From: an uncultured Gammaproteobacteria bacterium
GTDB lineage: Bacteria > Patescibacteriota > Microgenomatia > Levybacterales > GWA1-39-11
Reading direction: 5' to 3'
Assembly: GCA_964485575.1 (NCBI GenBank)
Contig: CAZAJO010000010.1
Coordinates: 450-64,449 of the forward strand
Length of the DNA stretch: 64,000 nucleotides
The translations under genes were made by a program, and so were the position numbers. Below, piece after piece: positions 40,354 through 48,955 of this stretch. The notes under the pieces were generated by a model. It saw nothing but the letters and a program-made list of their open reading frames with translations. It was not told the DNA's origin and did no database searches. Position 1 is the first letter of the stretch, and each line of letters begins with the position of its first letter.

Positions 40354-42537
40354 ATGAAAGATCCTGTCTATCTACACATTAGAACCCCGAAAGATGATGA
40401 GACGAGTCTCGAGTCCTCAACGCAAGTATTTGCGGCTTTATTACCAAATTATATGGGGCTTTTTAAAAGACTTGTGCATACTCCACGTATGGCTTCTTTT
40501 GAAATTTATCTTTTAGACCAAAAAATATACTTTTATATCGTCGTACCAAAAGAACTTGAAACTTTTGTAACAAGCCTGATGGTCTCATCCTACCCCCGCG
40601 CTTTTATTGCAGAAACTACTGACCCTATGGCAACATTTATGAAGTCAAAACATAAAGAAGTGGGGGAGTTGAAGCTTGAAGAGTCGTATCATTATCCTCT
40701 AAAGACCTATAAAGACTTTAGTGACGTAGATCCTATTGCATCTCTCATCGGATTTCTAGCAAAACAACAAGAGGGGGTAAATATAGGAATACAAATATTA
40801 GTTACCCCAGCGTCTTTTCCATGGCAGTCACACGCAATTGCCTCAACCCAACCAAAAGTAAATTCAGATGGGACCACATCAAAAGAGGGGACGGTTTCTG
40901 CAAGCGCTGTTGCAACAAAGACTCAGTATCAGGGAGGAAAGACATTGATCAGGCTTATTGCAGCAACTGACACTGAGAATCCATACCATTACCTTCATAA
41001 TGTGGCAGGCACTTTCGGAAGTTTTTCATCGGGAGAGGGCAATCATCTCAAATTCAAGCGTCCATTAGTAAATAAAGGTAGGCTTCTAAAAAGAATGCAT
41101 ACTAGATCAACAACACTTTTAGAGCGTAGAAGTCAGATTTTGAATGCACAGGAATTGGCTACGTTGTGGCATCCAGCGGGAAAGATGCTTTCTGGAATCA
41201 AAAATATATCGTGGGGAAAGACTTTAGCCGGTGAACCACCTGAGAATATTCCGGCTGCCAATAACATGACTGAGGATGAAAAAAAGAACGTAAACTTTTT
41301 TGCAGCAACAGAATTTAAGAATCAGAATACTATTTTTGGAATTAAAGATATTGACCGCCGAAAACACGTATATATTATGGGTAAAACTGGAGCTGGAAAA
41401 TCAACTTTAATAGCAAATATGGCAATTGATGATATAAGAAAAGGTCGTGGGATTGGCATAATTGACCCTCACGGAGATCTTTGTGAGACAATTTTGGACT
41501 ATATCCCAAAGAGAAGACTCAATGACGTTGTGTATCTAGAGCCATTTGATACTGAAAGGACATTTGCTCTTAACGTTTTGGAAATAAAAAACAAACAACA
41601 CAAAGACCTTATTGCCAGCGGGATAGTTTCAATTTTTAGCAAAATTTACGCTGATTCGTGGGGGCCTAGGCTCGAATACATTTTAAGAAACACTATTTTT
41701 TCCCTACTTGAGATTCCAGATACAACACTTATTGATGCTTTGAGGATACTTTCAGATAAGCAGTACAGGGATAGGGTTGTACCTCAAATCCAAGACCCGG
41801 TTATTCGAGCCTTCTGGCAGCAGGAGTTTGACAAGATGACTGATAAGTTGAGGGTTGAGGCTATTTCACCAATTCAAAACAAGGTAGGTCAATTTGTTAG
41901 TTCAAAAATGATAAGAAACATCATCGGAAGCCCCAAGTCTTCAATTGACCTTGAAGACATTATGAATAGCGGAAAAATATTACTTCTAAACCTTTCTCAG
42001 GGAAAATTAGGAGAGGACAACGCCGCACTTTTGGGGGCAATGATAATTACTCAAATTCAGCTATCTGCAATGAACCGTGCATTTCAGAAAGAAGAGGATA
42101 GAAAAGACTTTTTCTTGTACGTAGACGAGTTTCAAAATTTCGCGACCTCATCTTTTATTAAAATTCTTTCTGAGGCAAGAAAATACCGCTTGGCAATTAC
42201 TCTTGCTAACCAGTATATAGACCAGTTGGACGTAACAATTCAAAAGTCTATTTTTGGTAATGCAGGTACGCTCATATCCTTCGTTACTGGAGCAGGGGAC
42301 GCATCTCTTTTGACAAAGGAATACGCAGATATATACTCACAAAATGATTTAGTGTCGTTAGGCAAGCATGAAATTGTCATGAAATTGTCAATTGATAATA
42401 TGACGTCCCTCCCATTTGCCGCAAAAACGCTCCCATTACCAAGTCTTAAGAATGATAATAGGGAAGATATCGTCAGACTCTCAAAAGAGAGATATGGTCG
42501 AAAAGTCACCCAAACTGTTGAAAACCCCATTATTTAG
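40354..42537 (+). CDS. VirD4/TraD/HerA-like ATPase (type IV coupling-protein family)
   Basis: H.YI.GKTGAGKS, IDPHGD, WGPR.E, YVDEFQNF, SEARKY. Confidence 0.85.
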   Translation: MKDPVYLHIRTPKDDETSLESSTQVFAALLPNYMGLFKRLVHTPRMASFEIYLLDQKIYFYIVVPKELETFVTSLMVSSYPRAFIAETTDPMATFMKSKHKEVGELKLEESYHYPLKTYKDFSDVDPIASLIGFLAKQQEGVNIGIQILVTPASFPWQSHAIASTQPKVNSDGTTSKEGTVSASAVATKTQYQGGKTLIRLIAATDTENPYHYLHNVAGTFGSFSSGEGNHLKFKRPLVNKGRLLKRMHTRSTTLLERRSQILNAQELATLWHPAGKMLSGIKNISWGKTLAGEPPENIPAANNMTEDEKKNVNFFAATEFKNQNTIFGIKDIDRRKHVYIMGKTGAGKSTLIANMAIDDIRKGRGIGIIDPHGDLCETILDYIPKRRLNDVVYLEPFDTERTFALNVLEIKNKQHKDLIASGIVSIFSKIYADSWGPRLEYILRNTIFSLLEIPDTTLIDALRILSDKQYRDRVVPQIQDPVIRAFWQQEFDKMTDKLRVEAISPIQNKVGQFVSSKMIRNIIGSPKSSIDLEDIMNSGKILLLNLSQGKLGEDNAALLGAMIITQIQLSAMNRAFQKEEDRKDFFLYVDEFQNFATSSFIKILSEARKYRLAITLANQYIDQLDVTIQKSIFGNAGTLISFVTGAGDASLLTKEYADIYSQNDLVSLGKHEIVMKLSIDNMTSLPFAAKTLPLPSLKNDNREDIVRLSKERYGRKVTQTVENPII

Positions 42538-42540
42538 GCA

Positions 42541-42865
42541 TACAATTCCAATATTAGTTCATTTTTTGTAGCAAACGCACAATGCGCGCGTTTATCTATT
42601 GGAAATGACGCACATTGAAAATTGATTTACATGAAAAATGAATAGTATTTATTTTTGGTGAAGACTTTCTGCTGCTAAGATTTTTGGCGGTGTAAAGTCT
42701 TCACCAATAGAGTGGATTGGTAAAGACACACAAAATCGAAAGGAGGTATTTGCCCAGTTCTTCGGAACAGAAAGACCTGAGACCACATAGCAGGGGAGAG
42801 ATCCCCGCCAGATCAATGAGCGGACAACCGTCAACCGAAATTTCCCCCTAAAGGAGGGATATCTC
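42541..42865 (+). promoter_or_regulatory. long structured 5' leader (possible ncRNA) with SD AAGGAGG
   Basis: TACAAT at 42541; hairpins GGTGAAGACTTT/AAAGTCTTCACC, GTTC-TTCG-GAAC, GGGGA-GAGA-TCCCC; SD at 42851-42857. Confidence 0.55.
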
Positions 42866-44353
42866 GTGACGAAGGTCACAAAGCTTCTCGGTGGCTCTTT
42901 CGTAGCAGTTTTGGGCATCGTGCTCCTCGCTGCTTTCGCTGGTCTTTTCAACTTCGACAGCGGCACGACCGCCGCGACACCCAACTTCGACAGGGCATCC
43001 GCCCACGTCATCGGCGCCGCCGATCTGGCACCTGCCAGCCTCGCCGCCGCACCAACCCACTACCTACCAGGCGACATCAACGCGACGTCACGCATCGCTT
43101 CCGCGGCCGGCCCGAGCAACCCGCTCAACGCCCTCCCCGTCAGCCTGACGACGACCCTCGATGCCCAGATCGGTGCCCTCTCCCAGTTCTACGATGTGTT
43201 GTCTCAGCCCCCGGCTGCTTCACTCGTGGTCGCGAAGGACACCAACTACGGCATCATGTTCGCCACGAACTCCGCGGACTTCATCAAGGAAGTCATTACG
43301 GGCAGCTACTACATGAAGATCAACACGATCAACGTGTCGCGTGCGCCCGCAAACGCCATCACCGCCGCCCCGATTGTCGACTTCCTGAACGACAGCGGCG
43401 CAAGTATCGTCTACTCGCTGAACCTCCCGTACCAGCTGCACACTGCGGCCGGCGCGGGTACCATCTTCGACCTCGTCAAGGGCGCCGGTACCTCCGGGAT
43501 CATTCCTGGCAGCGTCGAAAACAACGCGATCGTCACGGCTGTCTACGGCTTCGACGACACGGTAAAGCAGTACTCTCAGGTCTTCCCGACGGTGACGAAC
43601 GTCCTCGGCGCGAACGACAAGATGACGCTTCCCGCCGACCAGGCATTCTGGTTCGCAACGACCCTCGACCAAGCAGCGCGCGGACTCAACATCTCGAGCA
43701 TCTCGTGGGCTGACACCGTCGACCATTACGCCCGTGCCATCGAAGGCGCCGGCGGCGATACCATGCAGTTCATCGACCAGCACGTCGGCCTCGTGGCTCA
43801 TCAAGGTTCCGTGCTCACGAAGTTCCTCGACCAGAGCACCTGCTTCACCGGCGCCTGCGGTTCGCTCGGTAGCGACCTTGCAGCGGCTGTGACTGGCCAT
43901 GGCGAGGGCATTATCGAAGACGCGGTTGGCACCGGCGCCTCTACGGCAACGCGTACCTACCTGGACTTCGCGGCTCGCACTGCCTTCCCGATGGGCAGCC
44001 TCCACGTGATCCTCGCTGACGCCGCTCTTGGCATCCCTGCGGACATCCCGGCTTCGCCGTTCATTTCGCAGGCTGCGGTCAAGGGCGTCATCTCGACGAC
44101 GACTGGATATCTGGTTGGCACCGTGGACGGCGACGTCCCTGGCATGAGCCGGCACATCAACTTCACAGCGATGGGCCACGACCTCAGCCAGCTGACCAGC
44201 TCGACGACTTCGGCCGTGCACTCCGTGCCCGCCGACCAGGCATTCCTCGTCATCGCCCTCGTGGCCCTCGCCGTAGCCTTCAGCGCTGCGATGAGGAACT
44301 TCGACGGCTCCGCGCGGAATCACCGTGCTGCCAGCGCCCTCGGCGCCGGCTAG
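42866..44353 (+). CDS. GC-rich orphan surface protein, N-terminal signal/TM and C-terminal TM
   Basis: 495-aa ORF with strong C/G third positions; SD and GTG start. Confidence 0.82.
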   Translation: MTKVTKLLGGSFVAVLGIVLLAAFAGLFNFDSGTTAATPNFDRASAHVIGAADLAPASLAAAPTHYLPGDINATSRIASAAGPSNPLNALPVSLTTTLDAQIGALSQFYDVLSQPPAASLVVAKDTNYGIMFATNSADFIKEVITGSYYMKINTINVSRAPANAITAAPIVDFLNDSGASIVYSLNLPYQLHTAAGAGTIFDLVKGAGTSGIIPGSVENNAIVTAVYGFDDTVKQYSQVFPTVTNVLGANDKMTLPADQAFWFATTLDQAARGLNISSISWADTVDHYARAIEGAGGDTMQFIDQHVGLVAHQGSVLTKFLDQSTCFTGACGSLGSDLAAAVTGHGEGIIEDAVGTGASTATRTYLDFAARTAFPMGSLHVILADAALGIPADIPASPFISQAAVKGVISTTTGYLVGTVDGDVPGMSRHINFTAMGHDLSQLTSSTTSAVHSVPADQAFLVIALVALAVAFSAAMRNFDGSARNHRAASALGAG

Positions 44354-44368
44354 CCCCACCTCTCACTG

Positions 44369-44449
44369 TGAGATGGAGGTGGGACTGCAGCCCGCCTCCA
44401 TCTCATGCAAATCCTTTTTCTCCAATTGAGCCCCGGTTCTCCGGGGCTC
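44369..44449 (+). terminator. two 3' hairpins flanking the closing-stem arm
   Basis: TGAGATGGAGGTGGG/CCCGCCTCCATCTCA (44369-44405) and GAGCCCCGG/CCGGGGCTC (44428-44449). Confidence 0.65.
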
Positions 44450-44503
44450 TGCCATAATTTGCCAACTTTTTTCCTTCAGTCACAATTTTTGTAGTATATA
44501 ATT

Positions 44504-45448
44504 GTGGTTATGGAAGGACAAAAAAAAGACATTTTTCTTCTTGTTGATGGAAGCGCAATTGTTCACCGTGCATATCATGCGATGCCATTCTTTGCAAAAA
44601 AAGACGGAGCCTCCACTGGTGCAATATACGGCTTTTTCTCCATGCTTCTTAAGGTTATTCAGCAGTTAGACCCTCAATATATTGTCATAGCCTTCGATCG
44701 TCCAAAACCTACATTTCGTCAACAGTTATACGTCGGGTATCAGGCACAGCGTCCGAAAATGGAGAGTGATTTGTCTGATCAGTTTGGCAAGATAATTGAA
44801 ATTCTTCAAAAGGCTCGAATTTCAACCTATGCGGTTGATGGGTACGAGGCTGATGACATCATAGGAACTGTAAGTGAGGCGGCCAACAAGAAAGGAATAT
44901 TTACCTATATCGTGACTGGAGACAGAGACATGCTTCAACTGGTAGATGAGGACACTCGGGTTTTTATGCCTATCAAGGGGATTTCAGAGGTCAGTATTAT
45001 GGACGCGGAGAAAGTGCGGGAAAAATACGGTATTAAACCTTCTCAATTTATAGACTACAAGGCGCTTCAGGGAGATTCTTCCGATAATTATCCGGGAGTA
45101 GCTGGTATTGGGCCAAAAACAGCTGCAAATCTTATCAATGATTACGGATCTGTTGAAAATATCTATAAAAATCTTGATGAGATTGCCACCAAGAACAAAA
45201 AATTGGCTGATAGATTAACTGAAGGACATGAGGCATGCATGATAGCCTATAAATTGGCAACAATTGTAAGAGACGTTCCATTCGTTTTTGATCTCAAGGC
45301 ATCTCGGATGGAAGAGATCCAGCTTGATGACTTTAAAGACGCTCTTATCAAGGAGGAATTTCATACGTTACCAAGAAGGTTGGATGAAATATTTGGTAAA
45401 GATGGAAAAGTAACTGATAATGGGAAGGGTCAAATGAAACTTCTTTGA
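44504..45448 (+). CDS. stand-alone 5'-3' exonuclease (PolA N-terminal/FEN domain)
   Basis: LVDG, YEADD.IGT, TGDRD, GDSSDN.PGV.GIGPKTA. Confidence 0.92.
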   Translation: MVMEGQKKDIFLLVDGSAIVHRAYHAMPFFAKKDGASTGAIYGFFSMLLKVIQQLDPQYIVIAFDRPKPTFRQQLYVGYQAQRPKMESDLSDQFGKIIEILQKARISTYAVDGYEADDIIGTVSEAANKKGIFTYIVTGDRDMLQLVDEDTRVFMPIKGISEVSIMDAEKVREKYGIKPSQFIDYKALQGDSSDNYPGVAGIGPKTAANLINDYGSVENIYKNLDEIATKNKKLADRLTEGHEACMIAYKLATIVRDVPFVFDLKASRMEEIQLDDFKDALIKEEFHTLPRRLDEIFGKDGKVTDNGKGQMKLL

Positions 45449-45460
45449 CGAGTCAAAGAA

Positions 45461-45500
45461 GAATTCAGAACTCAGAATTCAAATGTCAGAGCTACAATTA
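45461..45500 (+). repeat. degenerate heptamer repeats (AATTCAG/AACTCAG) upstream of the four-helix-bundle gene
   Basis: Complementary copies at 45865-45908. Confidence 0.6.
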
Positions 45501-45502
45501 AG

Positions 45503-45862
45503 ATGAAATCTAATGATCTTAAAATAAGGACATACGATTTCTCTATTGAGATAATAAAGTTTATAAACAGTCTTCCCAATAAAAGAGCATTTTGGTCAAT
45601 CGGTGATCAGCTTTTGAGGTCTGCTACATCAGTAGGAGCAAATATTATTGAAGCGAAGGCGTCAAGTTCTAGAAAAGAATTTATAAAATATTATGAAATT
45701 GCCTTAAAATCAGCTAACGAATCTAAGTATTGGCTATATCTTTTGAAAGACTCTTATGGCGAACTATCAAGTCGATGCGACGAACTGTTAAATGAACTCG
45801 ACGAAATTTGCAGAATGCTAAACTCAAGTGTTTTAACCTTGAAAGGAAAGAGCAAGATTTAA
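45503..45862 (+). CDS. four helix bundle protein (TIGR02436 / 23S-IVP-like)
   Basis: QLLRSATSVGANI.EA, S.KEF...IALKSA.E..YWL. Confidence 0.9.
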   Translation: MKSNDLKIRTYDFSIEIIKFINSLPNKRAFWSIGDQLLRSATSVGANIIEAKASSSRKEFIKYYEIALKSANESKYWLYLLKDSYGELSSRCDELLNELDEICRMLNSSVLTLKGKSKI

Positions 45863-45914
45863 AGTTTTCAAGTTGCAGTTTTGAGTTCTAACATATAACA
45901 TTTGAGTTAACATA

Positions 45915-47006
45915 ATGAAAATAGCAATTGTTCATGACTATTTGAAAGAATACGGAGGAGCAGAGAGAGTACTCGAAGAGCTTATCAAGATTTATCCTGA
46001 TGCTGATATTTATACTTCGATATATGCACCAGAATACCTTGGGCCCCACAAAAAAAGATTTGAAAATTATAATATCAGGACTACGTGGCTTAACTCAATC
46101 CCCGGTAGGCACAAACTCATCTCACCATTAAGACTATTGTCTCCCTTTGCTTTTCGAAAATTAAATTTAAAGTCATATGACGCAGTTATCGTTTCCCAAA
46201 CTGGGGCATATTTCCCAAATCTTGTTCACCACAAGAAAGGAAAACTTATCTGCTACACCCATACTCCTCCACGGTATCTGTATGGGTACAAAACAGGTAG
46301 AAATTTGCCTAAAAACCCAATAATAAGAGCATTGGCTGCAGTTGGATTTAATGCACTTCGGATTGTGGATTTTAACGCTTCAAAAAATGTTGACGTATTT
46401 GTGGCAAATTCAGAGGAGATTAAGGGTAGGATTAAGAAATTCTACCGCAGAGACGCAATTGTTATATACCCACCCGTTTCAATTCCAAATGTCATAAAAG
46501 GGAAAAAAGAAGAGATTTATGTTACTGGGGGAAGACTTGCTGCTGCTAAGGGAATTGATGTAATTATCAAGGCATTTAACGAAAATGGTAAGCCACTAAA
46601 AATATTTGGGAAAGGATTTGCAGGATTTGAGGAAGGATTGAGAAAACTTGCCCACAAAAACATAGAATTTGTTGGAGAGGTATCTGATGAGAAAAAATTT
46701 GAGCTTTTGGGAAGCGCAAAAGCATTTATTTTTGCTTCATATGATGAGGATTTTGGAATAACACCAGTAGAGGCGATGGGAGTAGGGACCCCAGTGATAG
46801 CATTTGCTTCAGGCGGAGTGAAAGAGACCGTAGTTGAGGGCAGAACAGGTTTGTTCTACGATGAAAATACTCCAGAAAGTTTAAATAATGCTATCTCAAA
46901 GTTTGAAAGGTTAACGTTAAATCCAAATGACAGCGTGGAGCGAGCAGAGAGATTTTCTGATAAGGAATTTGACCGAAAAATTAAGGAGGTAGTAGGTAGT
47001 GCCTGA
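45915..47006 (+). CDS. glycosyltransferase family 4
   Basis: HDYL..YGGAERVL, HTPPRYLY, EDFGI.PVEAM. Confidence 0.92.
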   Translation: MKIAIVHDYLKEYGGAERVLEELIKIYPDADIYTSIYAPEYLGPHKKRFENYNIRTTWLNSIPGRHKLISPLRLLSPFAFRKLNLKSYDAVIVSQTGAYFPNLVHHKKGKLICYTHTPPRYLYGYKTGRNLPKNPIIRALAAVGFNALRIVDFNASKNVDVFVANSEEIKGRIKKFYRRDAIVIYPPVSIPNVIKGKKEEIYVTGGRLAAAKGIDVIIKAFNENGKPLKIFGKGFAGFEEGLRKLAHKNIEFVGEVSDEKKFELLGSAKAFIFASYDEDFGITPVEAMGVGTPVIAFASGGVKETVVEGRTGLFYDENTPESLNNAISKFERLTLNPNDSVERAERFSDKEFDRKIKEVVGSA

Positions 47007-47856
47007 ACTTCCAGAAGTAGAAACGGTCAGACGTGGACTTGAAAAGTATTTAGTAGGACACATTATTGAAAAGGTTGAGGTGATAAATCCGGGTCCTTTT
47101 CAGGGAGAGGCAAAGAAGGTTGAAGGAAAAAAAGTTATTGCTGTGCGTAGAAGTGGAAAGGGATTGATTCTAGATCTAAATAACAAATTGTCGCTAGCAA
47201 TCCATATTAAAATGACTGGTCAATTGATTTTCCGTGACGAAAAAACAAAAAATGAACCTCTTTCTCCCAAGGTTGGTGCACTTCCTGGTAAGTTTACCCA
47301 CGTAATATTTCGCCTAGACAAGGGAGGTATTTTGTATTACAACGACCAGAGAAGATTTGGGTGGATTAGGGTCGTTAAAACTTTAGAGATCATGGACATG
47401 TCGTTTTTCAGGACAATGGGACCTGAGCCATTTGGCCTTGGAACGGGAGAAGAATTGACGTTAGACAAGTTTGGATCAATCCTTTCAAAAGCCACAACAA
47501 AAGTAAAACCACTTATCATGGATCAGGCAAAAATAGGGGGAATTGGAAATATTTATGCAAATGATGCCCTCTGGAGTGCAAAAATTGATCCGGCAAGACC
47601 TGCCAAAAGTTTGACTGACACAGAAACAAAAGAGTTGTTTGATTCAATAATAAAAGTCATGGAGTTAAGCTTTAAAGAAGGTGGGGCGTCAGAACTGTCA
47701 TTCGTAAATATTTTAGGTCAAGAAGGGAATTACCAGTCTCACACTTTAGTCTATGGTAAGACAGGAAAGAAATGCCCTCGAAATGACGGAGGAGTTATTA
47801 GAAGAATAGAATTAGGCGGACGCGGGACATTTTATTGTGATAAATGTCAACATTAG
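46999..47856 (+). CDS. mutM: formamidopyrimidine-DNA glycosylase
   Basis: MPELPEVE, H..MTG, GIGNIYA, C-terminal zinc finger (variant CPRND). Confidence 0.95.
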   Translation: MPELPEVETVRRGLEKYLVGHIIEKVEVINPGPFQGEAKKVEGKKVIAVRRSGKGLILDLNNKLSLAIHIKMTGQLIFRDEKTKNEPLSPKVGALPGKFTHVIFRLDKGGILYYNDQRRFGWIRVVKTLEIMDMSFFRTMGPEPFGLGTGEELTLDKFGSILSKATTKVKPLIMDQAKIGGIGNIYANDALWSAKIDPARPAKSLTDTETKELFDSIIKVMELSFKEGGASELSFVNILGQEGNYQSHTLVYGKTGKKCPRNDGGVIRRIELGGRGTFYCDKCQH

Positions 47857-47871
47857 GCATTTTGATAGGGA

Positions 47872-47900
47872 TTGAGGGGGACTTTTTAGATCCCCCTCGA
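47872..47900 (-). terminator. 3' hairpin GAGGGGGA/TCCCCCTC without U-tract
   Basis: Inverted repeat between convergent mutM and the orphan gene. Confidence 0.65.
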
Positions 47901-47922
47901 GTTAACAGCGGTACTTTGGTCA

Positions 47923-48282
47923 CTATTGGTCGCTTAGGGTCGCTTCCTTGACGTAGGTCAATGTCCCGTGGATGTATCCCATGGCTTTGAATAGAACTGT
48001 TTCGACGAGCAAAAGGGTGAAGAGGGTAAAACCGTAGTCCACGGGTGAAAGCAGCGCAAGCGCTACGTCCACTCCGAGAATGACAGCTATAACCATCCTC
48101 ACGCCGATATTCTCGACGAATCGGTTCATGGCCCCCGTTTTCCGGTGGATATTCTCCCCGAATTCGGTAAGCCCACTGACTTCGGAAGACACGTCTTCCG
48201 AAACCCCGCGAACCCCCCGCGCTACGAGTGTAACGTAGGGTGCTCCCTCCCTTTTGGGTAAGAAGCAAGCTGGAATTTGCAT
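47923..48282 (-). CDS. GC-rich small two-TM orphan protein
   Basis: Start MQIPAC preceded by GGAGG; 119 aa. Confidence 0.7.
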   Translation of the reverse strand: MQIPACFLPKREGAPYVTLVARGVRGVSEDVSSEVSGLTEFGENIHRKTGAMNRFVENIGVRMVIAVILGVDVALALLSPVDYGFTLFTLLLVETVLFKAMGYIHGTLTYVKEATLSDQ

Positions 48283-48418
48283 TCTTTCCTCCGTTTCTGA
48301 CCGATGAGACCAATTGTTCCGCTGTAAACTTAAAAAAAATTGTGCCTGTATTCTCACGGCGATTGCAAGAAAACTAGCCCAAAGATTCTACCACTATAGG
48401 TTTAAGAAGGCAACAGAT

Positions 48419-48949
48419 TTATCTTATATTGCAGACCTTAACGAGGGTTCGAATATTATAAAGCAGAGACACGGTAAGGATTATTATCGAAACAACATAT
48501 AATTCAAGTCCATGGAGGGGTAGGAGAGCGAGTACTCCTCCGAGACCCACAAGTGAGGCAATTGAGAGTCCGCAGGAGGCGCACCCGGTTGCTGCTATCG
48601 TAATAAGTCCAGTGCCAATTGTTACATGAAGGTTCCCGTAAGACGCTAGAAATTTTATTTTCCTAAATACTAATTCTATATTCACCCCAAAAAGTATCGC
48701 CGTTGTGAGTAGAAGAATAGTATCGCGGGTTGATAGTGCCTGAAAAGACCCAAAAAAAATCAACAACAATATCTTAAGTTTTGGTAAAAGATCATATTCA
48801 CTTCTCCCAAAGCTAATAAATGATTTGTAATTTACCAGAATAATTGATAGCGCGAGATACACAAAAGCAGCCAATAACGCTTTAGCAACAAATTTTCTCT
48901 TTTTCGATTCTTGGAATAATACCGTTAAAAGGAACAGGAGATATTTCAC
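48419..48949 (-). CDS. membrane protein with CxxC (GCASCG), likely DsbA partner
   Basis: Four TM helices, GCASCG; follows the dsbA-like gene. Confidence 0.7.
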   Translation of the reverse strand: MKYLLFLLTVLFQESKKRKFVAKALLAAFVYLALSIILVNYKSFISFGRSEYDLLPKLKILLLIFFGSFQALSTRDTILLLTTAILFGVNIELVFRKIKFLASYGNLHVTIGTGLITIAATGCASCGLSIASLVGLGGVLALLPLHGLELYVVSIIILTVSLLYNIRTLVKVCNIR

Positions 48950-48955
48950 CTCAAT

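Noticed and set aside
43220-44359. 379-aa antisense ORF (and 43957-44253)
   Set aside because: Expected shadow of strong C/G third-position bias on the sense strand; no SD or recognisable protein features.
45503-45862. DGR (Avd-like gene)
   Set aside because: No reverse transcriptase or TR/VR pair was seen in the window.
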